Shown here in pieces: positions 25,501 through 37,397 of a stretch of 64,000 nucleotides of DNA (positions are counted from its first letter, which is position 1; each line of letters starts with the position of its first letter). Source of the stretch: Azolla caroliniana. Lineage: Eukaryota; Plantae; Polypodiophyta. Position numbers and translations under genes: made by a program. Under the pieces are notes generated by a model. The model did not search any database. It was not told the origin of the DNA and saw nothing but the letters and a program-made list of their open reading frames with translations. Location: positions 372,001 through 436,000 of the forward strand of contig JBHGNT010000007.1 in assembly GCA_043228905.1 (NCBI GenBank), given 5' to 3'.

Positions 25501-28500
25501 GATGCATCCCAGAAAATTAAATATAAAATTAACCTTAGAATCCCTTCTATACGCTGTATTTTGTCACCGGTTTCAAGAAGACCTCTGAGTGTGCTGATAA
25601 TAGGAAGTCCAGCCCCAACTGTAGCTTCATAAAAGTAATGTGTATAAGACTGCCTCTGAAGAGCCCTCAACCTTAGATACTTCATGCAAAAGTAAAGCAG
25701 ATAAAAGTCAAACAAACATCTCACATCTGTTGTATGAATTGAATCCATAATACTAGAATGAATAAAAGTTCATGGAAAGCCTCTCCTCCATCCAAGTAAG
25801 CTACCTGATCTAAAGGTCCAGAATTGGCTTTCTTATTGGGGGTAATAAGGTGAATTCCCCGTTTGATCCACCAATAATAATGTTTTGCTACATCTGCACT
25901 TGCTGTACAATCCACAATTACTGTGTTTGGTATAGAGTGAATTGATTGCAGGTGATCAGTAAATTTGTTGATATTTGCTGGTTCGCCCTTCTCCTTAAGC
26001 ATATCCTTCCACTTATCAATGTTGATTCTCCTATTATCCAGATAAAAAAAATTCAAATTCACCAGGACTAAAATGTCCAATTATCAATGCAGTTTCTCCG
26101 GCTATATTTTATACAAATTTCACTATTCTGCAATTGTGCTCTAGTACATTCTAGGAAAAAAAGATGTACCTAGACAATAGTCTCTTAACACAGCATATAG
26201 ACACGTAAACAAAATACCTCATTTGATCAGATGATGATACATGTGTGAACATACACATACTTTTTTAACATTTCATACTATCGGTGAGAAACCTCCATGT
26301 ATACATATCCTTTTTTGGATACATATATACGATGTGTATATATACAAACAAAAAGGCAAGGATTCACAACTCAGTGTTATTAACTGATTTCAATCAATTG
26401 ACAAAGAGCTTACATATCATCCAGAAGCATTGTCTTCGACCCCATTATCCCCATGATACGAAGATCAATATTGAATTCTTCCTTTAGGGTGGCTGCCTGT
26501 TGAAGATTCCATGAAAATCTTTATAAACATTTTTCTAAGGAGCTATCTGTTGAGACAATTTCTAGTATAGCTATTAGCAAGTATACCTGTTTCCTCAGTT
26601 GTTCAATAAGCGTCCCACCAATCAAACCTGGACCTACAATGCCCACAGCCATTGTAGTCTTTGATAGATAATATCTTGAATGAACAGCCTTGAGAGCTTT
26701 CACAGAATCTTCACGATTAACGACAATTGTGAGATTGTACTCAGAGCACCCCTGAGCTATTGCTCTCACATTAACATTGGCCTGGAAATCAACAATGCAT
26801 CAAAGTATGATTTAGAGTTGCACAATACCCTCTGACAAGATAGCACAGGTTGTTACCAGCCCACTGCCTTAAGTTATAATAAAGAAACAAGTTACCTTTG
26901 CGAGCGCATTGAAAACAGTCGCACTAACTCCAGGTGTACTAGCCATGCGCTGACCAACTGCTGCCAGAATGCTACAGCTATGAATTACTTCCACCTACAA
27001 GGAGAATTTTATAAATTTAATTCTTTTTTAAAGACCAAGAAACATTCATAAAAATAAATGGTATGCAATAAATACAAGAATACCTTAGACAGTCGCCCAG
27101 CTTCCAATGCTCTTTGAAATTTGGCCTTTAGAGCTTTCGCAACCGCTTTAACTTCTTTCTCTGGGACGGCAAAACAAACCGAATGCTCACTGCTTGCCTA
27201 CATAACAAATGTGATTATACCAATAAGAACCTTTCTGAATACATTCCATACAAAAAGATAAAGAAACTTTCTTACCTGCGAGATCATAACTACATTAGCT
27301 CCAGTATCTTTAACAGCTTCAAAGATTTTACTTGCAGTACCGGGAACACCAGCCATCCCCGTTCTGAAAATAAATTAGACATATTAGAATTCAGTTAGCA
27401 TGCCATTCAAATAGAAACATATTTCACCATGCATCATATTATTACCCTTCTACATTCACAAGAGCCACATTATCTATGGTAGCAAATGCTTTCACTGTCG
27501 AGAACTCTTCACGACCATCATCAGATTGAACACCATCAACTTCCGGCATAGGATGGCGCCAGATCTTTGTCCCAGGAGCAGCAAGATTGAACACATTTCT
27601 TATTGTGATAGGTATGTTATAGTTCATCACTGGAATAATCGTTCGTGGATGCAGAACATTGGCTCCAAAATAAGACTTTAAAAGAAAGTGTGTAAGATTG
27701 TAACCTCTTGTGAAGTTTAATACCAAAGAAATAACAAAGACAAAGCCACCTAGCATGCTGCAGACTTACCATCTCCCATGCTTCTTGATATGAGAGTGTG
27801 CTCAGGATTACTGCTTCACTAACTGCCAAGATATTGTAACATTAAAATTCAACCTAGAGAATAATACAACACACTACAATGGAAAATCTAACAAAGAGGC
27901 CTGGAGAAATTTTAACCGTCAGAAAAATACACATTATCAATTCACATTTCACCAGACTTCTTAACAAGGGCAACATCATGTCCCAAATAACAGATAAAAA
28001 TATCATAATACTGGGATCTATGACTCAAACCCGCTTATGGGATCTACTGGAGGCCAAAGATTGTGCAACCTCTCTTTAAATATTATTAAGTATCAAAAGG
28101 CAGAAGGGTACAGTTACTACAATACGAAGTGCATCTACCTGGTCATGTTTACTTCCCTATGAGAGCCTTATGTCTTAACTTAATAGGCTGAGAAAATATT
28201 AGTAAACTTAATTAATAAGAAAGAAAAAATTTAGTACCTTTTCTTGGGTCTGCACTGTATACACCATCAACATCAGTCCAAATAGTAACTTGCTTAGCTT
28301 GAAATAATGCACCAAAAATGGCCGCTGAAAAATCACTGCCATCTCTCTTTAGAGTTGTTGGAACATTATCTGGAGTGCTTGCAATGAACCCCGTTACGAT
28401 TATGGTGTCCTGTGGATTCTGATTATACCAAGCATTGAGCCTTTCATTGGATGCATCAAAGTCTGGATCTACTTGGTTGGTAGAAGTAGGATTGACAATA

Positions 28501-31500
28501 AGAACCTCCCTTGCATCCATCCAACTACAACCCAAACCCCTCTGAATAGAATATACAACTCAAAAAATATCTTTAGCTTTCAATGGCCATAATAGCAATT
28601 GCTTAATTTGAATATTCAAACATCAGGTTACTCAGAACTTCATGAGCATACCTTTCGCACTGTAGCAGAAAGAATTTGAGCAGACCAAAGCTCACCATGA
28701 CCAACAATTAAATCAGAGAAAGACTCAGTACAGTATCCAGCTGCATGACCACAAATTTACATCTCAATATTCAGAAATATAGATACAAAAGCAGTAAACG
28801 TCATTAAGCAACTCTGAGATACACAAGAAAATTTCAGGAACAAACTAGCTCCTGATATTTGAACAAGTATATATAGATAGATGGATAGACGTCTGTATAT
28901 ATATGTATACTGTATACATATAGACACATGTATATATACATACCTATTTGCATTGCCTACATATGATTCTAAATACTAACATTTGAACATATAAGGGTAC
29001 ACGTGTAAGTGTATGTGTACATGTAAATGTAAAACATCAAAACATCAAAATAGAAAAGGTCCAGATAGACTTTATGTATGCTCAGACTGACACAGTAGCT
29101 AAAGTATGGACACAAGCATGCAACCAGGAAATAGCACAAGGTTTTTCTCCAGATGGCTAAAGACACAAGACAAAGGAGGGGGATAGAAATCAGCACATAA
29201 AATATCGCACAATCAAGTTGGGATATTGTACAGCTAAACTTCTAGATGTAACATCAACTTAGTGAATGGGCCAAAAGAACAGAACAAGAGAGCTTCAGAC
29301 AAGCAGGTTTCCAACTCAAACACATCATTATTGGTTATCTCGTTTGTCAATGAATCATGATGGAGGAGGTGGCATAAAGGCGACCTTTTGGTGATTTTAA
29401 AATTTCAAGAAGGATTCTGCCACAATTTGAACATGCATAAAAGCAAGGATGGTGGTCCAATTATACAAACAAGGAAGATGCAGGCTGAAGACAAACGAAA
29501 TCTTTCCTTGAGAGTCCATAAAAATCATGGAAGTGAAAAATGATGCCCTCTGCCACATATTCCATTCAGTCTATGAATTGAGCAACTAGACGAGTTCATT
29601 AAAGAACCCCTAGCAGAACAAGAGGAAAAATCAGTCATTGGGCATTTCATAATTGCTTTTGAATTTCGCAAACATTGTGCTTTTGGTATACTCTCATCTG
29701 AGACTGCATAAAAGCTTTTAGATACAGTGCATAATTTCTGTGGAAATAGTGACCCAGCAGTCAACATAGCTAAGACCAACATCATCACGGTAAGCATGTC
29801 AAACCTGAAATGCAGCAGCCGGTAATGTTCTATGAAGAGGAGGCCATTGAAGTAGTTCACAGCTTCAATAATATTGGATTTGAGAAACTTAGTAAACATG
29901 AAATAGAAACTGTCCAACATAGACCTAAATTTGAGTACTATCACAGAGGCATTAATACTACTGCACACTATTGTTACCGAGGACACCTGGCCAATGCCCA
30001 CGCTCACATCTGGAAACTCAAATCTAAGATAGTGAGGTACGCCATCACACTGATGGGCACATGCCCACATGTTGGAAACGGACTGGCTGAATGTTGAACA
30101 GGAGAACAAAATATATCACCAATGTTTCCTAAACGTACCAGAAAGAACAACTAAGCTTGATGTTACTCTTAATAAAAAAAGACAACCACATCTCTGAATG
30201 GTAACAAAAGAGATTTGACATTTTCACATGAAAAACTTAAATAAGTCAACAATGTATATGTCTTGGGACAAGTTCAAAGAGAAAATAAGATGATCATACA
30301 TATGTTTTTAGGGTAAAATGCATCAACTAACAAAAGCCAAACTCAATTACTTTCAAACAGTTGTGATACTCACTATTACAAGAAATTATGGTCATTTAAG
30401 GAAATTGTGTATAGAATAGATCTCAGCTGGCAGTAGGACGTTGTACATGCAATTGGACTATTAGCTACCGCAACAAAATCTGACAGGAGTCAGAAAAAAA
30501 TCTAGTTAAAAGATCATACCGATATAGATTGCCTGCAATAAAGCTTTAAGGTTTTGAATATCTGCCTCCAGATTTTTCAGGAAATCTTCTAGATCTGAGC
30601 CTTCGACCAAAAGTGAGACTGCAGTATCTCTATGCTTCTCATATATTATAGCTAAATCAGCTTCATAAGATTTATCCTTCGATTCAGCTTTGTCAAGGAG
30701 ACTGTACATAAGATCTGTGACCTTCGACATAGCAGAAACAATCACAACTTTCCGAAGTGAAGGATCATCAGCAATTATACCCGATACATTCCATATTCGT
30801 TCCCATGTGCCCACGCATGTGCCTCCAAACTTGTGTACTGACCAAGTGTCACCTCTTGGTAAAGTTATTGTTTCGGAATTCTGGCCTTGAGTTACAATAT
30901 CTGAATTTGAGCAAGAGAGGGACAGAAGGAAAGAAATCAGTAAATGGGGTTGCGTGAAGGGAATCAAAGACACATAAACACACATATGCTCTGAAAATCT
31001 GGAAACTGCCAGCTTCAAAACAATTAAGTGAGTGAGACAACCAGAGGAATTATTCAACATTCATACCTGCAAGGGTAGCTTGAAATTTAGTGGACGATGG
31101 TCTTCCATATCTAATTCTGCAACAATGGTTCTTGAAACTGGTATGTCAAAGCACAAACAGTTATCATATGACACGCATAAAAAATAACAAATGCATGTGG
31201 GAAACCCCAGTATTAATGGAAATAATGATACATGTAGTTACTGGTGTAAATGCATGTCAACATCAATGAATGTGTTAATTACAAGACAACATGAACTTGA
31301 TGTCCTATAACAAAAGCAAACATGATATATGTATATGCAGTAAATCCAAATGTTTATGTACCTGAATTAGTAGACCTCTATACATATACCTAGTGTATGT
31401 TCCCAAATGCTAATGCAAGTATATCATTCCATTCCATCTTAAACGAACATAGATAAATTCAAGGTATGTAGATGCACCCACAAGGGCATATCTCATTGTG

Positions 31501-32035
31501 AATGTATACAGTTAGAAACCATGTGTGTGCGTGGACATAATATCCTCTATAATCATGCATATTTCATAGTTTTTATATGGAGGAAACATATTGATCAACG
31601 CAAATAATTATGTGAATTTTTTCTCATACCCTCTTCCCGTTCATTATCATCTAAATGTATTCTCATAATGGAAAACAAAGGCCTCAAACAAACACACAAA
31701 GAATGTATCAACCCAAAGCAAGCGATTATGTGAGCATTTCTCATGCTCCTTTCTCATTAATTTTTACATCAAGGAGCAATAAAAAAATAAGTGACACAAA
31801 TGATTATGGGAATAAGCAACAATATATGGTTTTTTTGGCACAGATAATAAAGAAAAGTACTCTCTTACCTTGTCGAGAAGGTTCCATGGAACCTCGGTCC
31901 AGACAAGGCTTTAACCCCATCTACAACAGAATGTGGAGAGAACAGAGATACATTGTTGGTGCAAGGACTCTGAGTAGCCTGCTTCCGAAGAAGATTCGCG
32001 GACATCATCGATGGAGGGGAGCAGGGCAAACTCAT
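22521..32035 (-). CDS. AK-HSDH: Bifunctional aspartate kinase/homoserine dehydrogenase, chloroplast
   Basis: 18 phase-consistent GT-AG exons: 32035-31869, 31116-31067, 30900-30520, 28740-28652, 28541-28238, 27822-27770, 27675-27446, 27363-27276, 27197-27084, 26994-26896, 26781-26587, 26496-26414, 26030-25805, 25679-25534, 25426-25291, 25201-25118, 23095-23003, 22766-22521. Motifs HKFGGT, TLKRDGSDFSA, WTDVDGVYSADPR, two ACT domains, GPGLIG, YEATVGAGLP, YTEPDPRDDLSG, GPGAGAEVTAGGVF. Confidence 0.97.
23421..24037. mobile_element. hAT-type non-autonomous element (MITE) in an AK-HSDH intron
   Basis: TIRs TAGCAATGGACACGGTTTCGG and CCGAACCATGCCCATTGCTA; 8-bp TSD TGCCTTGT (23413-23420) vs GGCCTTGT (24038-24045); subterminal AAACCG/CGGTT repeats; AT-rich core. 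Confidence 0.85.
24450..24900 (+). mobile_element. Possible highly decayed RTE-like LINE fragment (intronic)
   Basis: Broken segments read like E..IGRA and RVLNACVL..CE, resembling RTE post-RT motifs. Weak. Confidence 0.3.
29200..30100 (+). mobile_element. Decayed RTE-like LINE (RT start plus C-terminal region), antisense in AK-HSDH intron 3
   Basis: ~29260-29315 reads SEWAK...RA..QAGF across frameshifts. ORF 29810..30097 (KFEYYH...AHY...HI..KSKI) and an out-of-frame H.LET.W resemble the RTE ORF C-terminus. Confidence 0.6.
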
Positions 32036-32136
32036 CCTCTCCAGAACAGAAACAAAAACAACAATTGGGGCAAGATTTCCCACTGAAATTGATATGTGTT
32101 TTGGAAAGGTTCTGTGATAAGGAGGAGGGGAAGGGG

Positions 32137-32173
32137 GTGATGGTGATGGTGATGGTGATGGTGATGGTGATGG
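32137..32173 (-). repeat. (CATCAC)n hexamer repeat upstream of the AK-HSDH ATG (probable 5' UTR)
   Basis: About six GTGATG units on the + strand. Confidence 0.85.
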
Positions 32174-32275
32174 AGCAGGGAATGTGGGCTCAATGGCTCC
32201 TTCACATGTGATAATGTTTATGAGACTCTATGTATGCCCCCATACAAAAACAATTGACAATCCCCAAGATGTACA

Positions 32276-32315
<40 letters not shown>

Positions 32316-32572
32316 ATATATCTGCAAAAGTTAGAAGGGAGTACTAATGTGGCAATTTTCGTTATTGAAATTCTTTCCTCAATGGAGTGGAGTGGAGTGT
32401 TCGTCTTGCCTATTGCCAATTCAACATGTTCCGCTACCATTCGTGTAGCGTAGTTAGTGGGTGACGACCATACACTATTGTGACACCCATTGTAATTAGT
32501 GTTTTTCACACACATTTATTAATATAATTGTGTGCTTTCACCAAAAGAGAAATAGAGACAGAGACAGAGTTT

Positions 32573-32958
32573 GCCCCGATGGATGTGGTTCAGTTGATAA
32601 GGTTTCCCAATGGAGACCGAGAGGTCATGGGTTCAACCCCTACATTCCACAATGACATCTAGTGAATTAAGAGATACTTATGAAGTAATAAAGAGGACTA
32701 GGGTAAGCTAATTATAATAAGAAAAAAAGGGAAAGCATGTAAGCCTCGATGAATGTGGCTCAGTTGGTATGGTCTCTGATTGGAGACCAGGAAGTCATAG
32801 GTTCAACCCCTACATTCCACGATGGCATCTAGTAAATTAAGAGACAATAACAAAGAGAGAAAGTGTATAATAGCTTTGTTGGTATGGTTGCCCATTGGAG
32901 ACCAAGAGGTCATAGGTTCAACCCCTACATTCAACAATAGCATCTCGTAAATTTAGAG
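32573..32958 (+). mobile_element. Three tandem tRNA-derived SINE units
   Basis: Units start at ~32573, ~32743 and ~32870. Each has an A box (TGGCTCAGTTGG-like), TGGAGACC, a B box (GGTTCAACCCC) and a shared tail TACATTC.AC.AT..CATCT..T.AATT.AGAGA. Confidence 0.8.
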
Positions 32959-33519
32959 ATATCTAACTATGGAGTAATAGAGAGGTGAGAAATTTAGGAA
33001 GTATTGTAATGACTTACCATTAGGGTAATTACGATAAGAAGAGTGAGTGAGTGAGTGATCAATCCCCGACATAATCTTGAAAAGTCTCAAGTGCCTTTCA
33101 AAAGCTTGGAGAGGCCATACACGCAGAGGAGAGTTTATCATTTGCTCGTGATGAAGTTTGCCGATATAGTAACATGTGTGGACATTTACGTTAATCAACC
33201 TAATGTAGCGGACAATTGTATATAGTATATGAAATGTTGGTAGGGGATGCTTGGGGATTTAAGGGTTGGTTCATGTTGGTAGGGTAACATCACATTAATT
33301 GGTCAATATGACAACAAAAAAATGCCCTATTGGTTCATGGACAATTGTTTTAGGAGAAATATGATTACAAAATACGTAGAGTAAATGTGATGAAATGGTG
33401 TTTCACCCTTGTTATAGATATATGCTCATTAGGTCCTAGACAATTGTATCTTTGGCCGCAATATGGATGGTTATGATTAGCAAGGTACATCAGTAGAGAA
33501 CAACTTTAGTAATAATGGT

Positions 33520-34015
33520 TGTTGGTTTAATCAATAATTAGGTGTGAGCTTCCATCAAACCTTAAGATGATACCCATAAGGCCAAAGATAAGCAAGAAGC
33601 TTAGGGGAAGTCTGGCCTAACCGATGTTGAAAAATCAAAGAACGAATCATTGTTAGGGGTGACACACAATCAAGAGTTTTGCTTTTGTATCGAGTTTCTT
33701 CTTTGAAAGAAGATATACTTCGTTGGACACATTTCAAGAACTGTTTCTCCAAAATAGAGTAGAATACACCAACATTTTTTCATTCTTTGGCATCTCTCCA
33801 TCCATTATGGATTGGTGTAAATGCCCCTATGGTCCCCACCAAGAGGCCAATACAATATGAGTTTCCTATCAACATATGGACAATAAAACTAGTCCAAGAA
33901 TCATTAGACAAGGTATTCAATAACATCAATTGTTAAATTTTGACACTTGGTTTCCAACAAGTTGCTCATACACCTTGGTACATACTCCCCATGATCGGAA
34001 GCATACCTCAAGGTC
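33520..34015 (-). mobile_element. Decayed L1-like LINE 3' end
   Basis: Minus-strand segments resemble the zf-RVT H.F..C region (~34000) and downstream ORF2 tail (ORF 33555..33752). Frames are broken. Confidence 0.35.
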
Positions 34016-35421
34016 TAGGGTTTTAATTTCACCACCCAATCTCTGTCTAGATTTTCTAAGAAGCTGTTGATTTTTTTTTTGAATTTTAAAGAAACAAATA
34101 ATTTGTTATCCAATGATTTTTTCGTCAAATTTGGCTTTAAAAACTCACCTTCATGTATGGAAACTTTATTTTCTATAGAAAGGAAATGTGTTTTTAGTTC
34201 AAGAGGTATGTGCTAACACTTTTTCCCTAAAAGAGCAAATTTACAAACCCATTTCATGTTTTCCTCCTAGCAAATGACTTTACAATTTTGCATTCATAAC
34301 TCAATGCATTGAAAAATCACAATATGAAAGGCCATAACAACAATTAAAATGTTATTTGTGTTTGCTTGCATTTAAGTAACTAGCATATCAAAATTAAAAT
34401 ATGATGTGTACATAAGTGAAATGTATTGTTGGAAACATGTGAGACGTTTATAAAGCTATTAATCCAAGGTATTTGTTTCACTTTTCCTAAATTGTAAGCC
34501 ACAATGGTGTACGGAAGATATTTCTATGACATGATCATGTAGAAACATATCTAGAAGAATTCCTTATGATAAGTGGCGAGTCGGTGACCTGAATTATTGC
34601 ATAAAACAAGTCTTGGCTCCATATACACCCTAACAATTATATATATATAACCAAAACTTAATCATTGCATAGCCTAAGATTGAGATTCAAGAATGATTCC
34701 ATCAATACAAAACATCCAAAATATATCTTAACATTTTAAAGGAATTTCGTAATGAGACGGAGGTATCACATTCAAGGTGTTTAGTATCTTGAATTTCCAG
34801 TAAAGCTCTCTTGTCCTAACTTCTTTTTTCAGTATTATGCATTCTTACATTGTCCAAGCCTCTTTATCTACTGAAATATTTCAACATTGTTCTGTATCAA
34901 ATACAAAGTATATATTAATGTTCCCCGTTGTCAAAATAACTAAATTTGTGAATACTTTGAAAGGAAAGGTATGATTTCCTTAAGAGTAAGAAAGAATTGC
35001 TTAGTGTCGAATAAAATTATTTCCAAATATGAACTAAAATAAAATTCCAATTCTGATTTATTTAGCAATCAGATGGATCACAAACTTTGCTCCCATGAAG
35101 GATGTGATGTTTTGCTACACTAGTTTGTCAAAAAATCAATCTGGTTAGATTCCTAAGGGAAATGTCTTATTTTCAATCTCAAGATAAATATTCTATTTTC
35201 AACAACGCAATAATACAGAGTCATTCTAGATATGCCATGCTGCGATATTATGTCAAGATTATTAAAATCTTAAAGAGCAATGTTAGTAGGGCCTATATAA
35301 ACTAGAGGATCTTTAGTCCTGATGGATAAAACATCCAATTTCTATTATCTATTGGTGAGCCTACCAACTTGAAAATCCCCATAAATTGATTGTATCCGAT
35401 TATTGACTATGGAAGTTTCAA

Positions 35422-35422
<1 letters not shown>

Positions 35423-35467
<45 letters not shown>

Positions 35468-35560
35468 ACGTCTTCTAAGGCCAAAATTGGCCCATGAGAC
35501 AAATGGTTTACAACAAAAAATGGGATATTTACCCATTCATCTAAAGTAAAAAATAAAAAT
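35423..35560 (+). repeat. (GA)n plus the interspersed repeat shared with 3245-3500
   Basis: About 95 bp closely match 3302-3390, directly after a (GA)n tract. Confidence 0.8.
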
Positions 35561-35804
35561 AAAAATAGAGTTTTAAGCTAAATAGTTCTAGTAAAATAAA
35601 ATAACAAACATGTTCTACAATGAAAATGATGTTATACTAGGCCTAATTTCATTTCCATCCAAGTCTCTCGAAGAGAAGCGGGAGGTCAAAGGGTTTCGAT
35701 GTGGATGTGGCCCATGGCCCCAATGTAAAAGTTACCCCAACCATAACTTCTAGTCGACGTAGCTCACATTCCCTTATCTTCTTAATCCTTTCTACTCCGT
35801 AATA

Positions 35805-35860
35805 GAGAGAGTGTGTGTGTGTGCGTGTGTGCGTGTGTGTGAGTGAGTGTGTGAGTGTGT

Positions 35861-35894
<34 letters not shown>

Positions 35895-35897
35895 GTG

Positions 35898-35944
<47 letters not shown>
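35805..35944. repeat. Compound (GT)n/(GA)n microsatellite
   Basis: Seen directly. Confidence 0.95.
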
Positions 35945-35946
<2 letters not shown>

Positions 35947-37397
35947 TATGGGGTAATAGAGATGTGAGGAAATAGGATTTTGAACCTAAGATTCAGGGGG
36001 TGATAGCAATGTAAGTGACTTACCACTAGGCTAAGCTAATTACAATAAAAATTAAAAGAAAAGACTCTGTGCGTGCGTGCGTGCGCGCTAATTGGGTCTC
36101 ATTTTTGGAATTGTGAGAAACCCATGAATTATATAAATTCAATCCCAAGGTTTTGGTTGGTTGATACAAAGTAATAATGGAAATGAGAACAACTCTCACA
36201 TTTGCAAGAATATTATTTCTATTCTCAAGTATAAACAAGCACAAACTAAGTTCCAATAGCTTTGAACCCATTAAAGAAATTGATAAATTTCCACAGCTCT
36301 AATAGATGTCAAAGTAAAAAATAATTGTCTAATACTTGTGTATACAAGGCATTGAAATAGAGATTAATCCGCCCCTTTTGTAGGTATTGGGTCTCGCACT
36401 ATGTGTTATACTAAACAAGTTTCATTTCTTGCAATGAAGTAGTGTTAATTGGTAGTTTGAGAAGGAAAAATGTTTTATGTAGTGTTAGCATTAGATTAGA
36501 TTCACATAAACATCAAACCTCTCCAAAGATTTCCCATTCTCCAAAACCCATAGGAGTAGAAATCAATCCAATCAAAGCCTTTCTTTTCCCTTATCAATTA
36601 CTCTTTGGATATGACCTATGTTACTTAAGATATGAGAAGGGATTACAATGTTATGCTCTATTAGTGCTTTTTGTGATGGTTGGGTTTGGTACCATCTACA
36701 CTTAATCTTGAGATGATGAGTTATGCACTATCAATCATTGATACACCTTTGATACTGTGATGATTCACTTGCATCTTATCTTGTATTTAACTTGCTTGTT
36801 ATGCTCTAGACTCTAGAGGTTGTGCCTCCAACACCTCGTGCTCCCACACGAGCTACCACATCTTTAAATCCATATACAATCTCAACAACCTTTAGAGATG
36901 GCAAACAAAGGTCAACTATTTCAATCCTTCAGCAATCCAAGTCTTGTTATATGGCATTGAGGGTTGGGAGATGAAGTATATCCCATTCTTGATGAAACAA
37001 CGTCAAGAATATACTAAATGTGGTCAACGCAGCCATACCATACTCAATTATGCTCATCACAACCGTGCTGAGACCCATTAAACTTCATGACTTGTTGAGA
37101 ATTCATAAGCATGTGGCTAAAGTAAAGAACATGACAAAATGGTACTGTAATCAGCTGAGTTTTCAAGAATACCTCGCTTTTTATGTATTTATGAGCCAAA
37201 AACTTAAAACAATCTCCCTAGAAATTTCATAGATCTGTCAACCCTGAATAAAAAATCCCAGCAACACATTCAAAAATTGACATATCATTTTAGTAAATGA
37301 ATGTACTTTTTCTCATATACTCTTATCTTTTCAACATTCACAATCCTTGTAATACAAAGTACTATGACAATGTTTTTCTTTTCTTATGAGACTATTC

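Noticed and set aside
29525-30109. 194-aa minus-strand ORF as a nested gene
   Set aside because: It is antisense to a LINE remnant within an AK-HSDH intron and has no recognisable motif.
32202-32207. Minimal AUG-UGA uORF upstream of AK-HSDH
   Set aside because: A 6-nt motif is expected by chance and may lie outside the transcript.
32573-32958. tRNA gene cluster
   Set aside because: No convincing acceptor stem or canonical anticodon arm, and the units share a non-tRNA tail, so they are SINEs.
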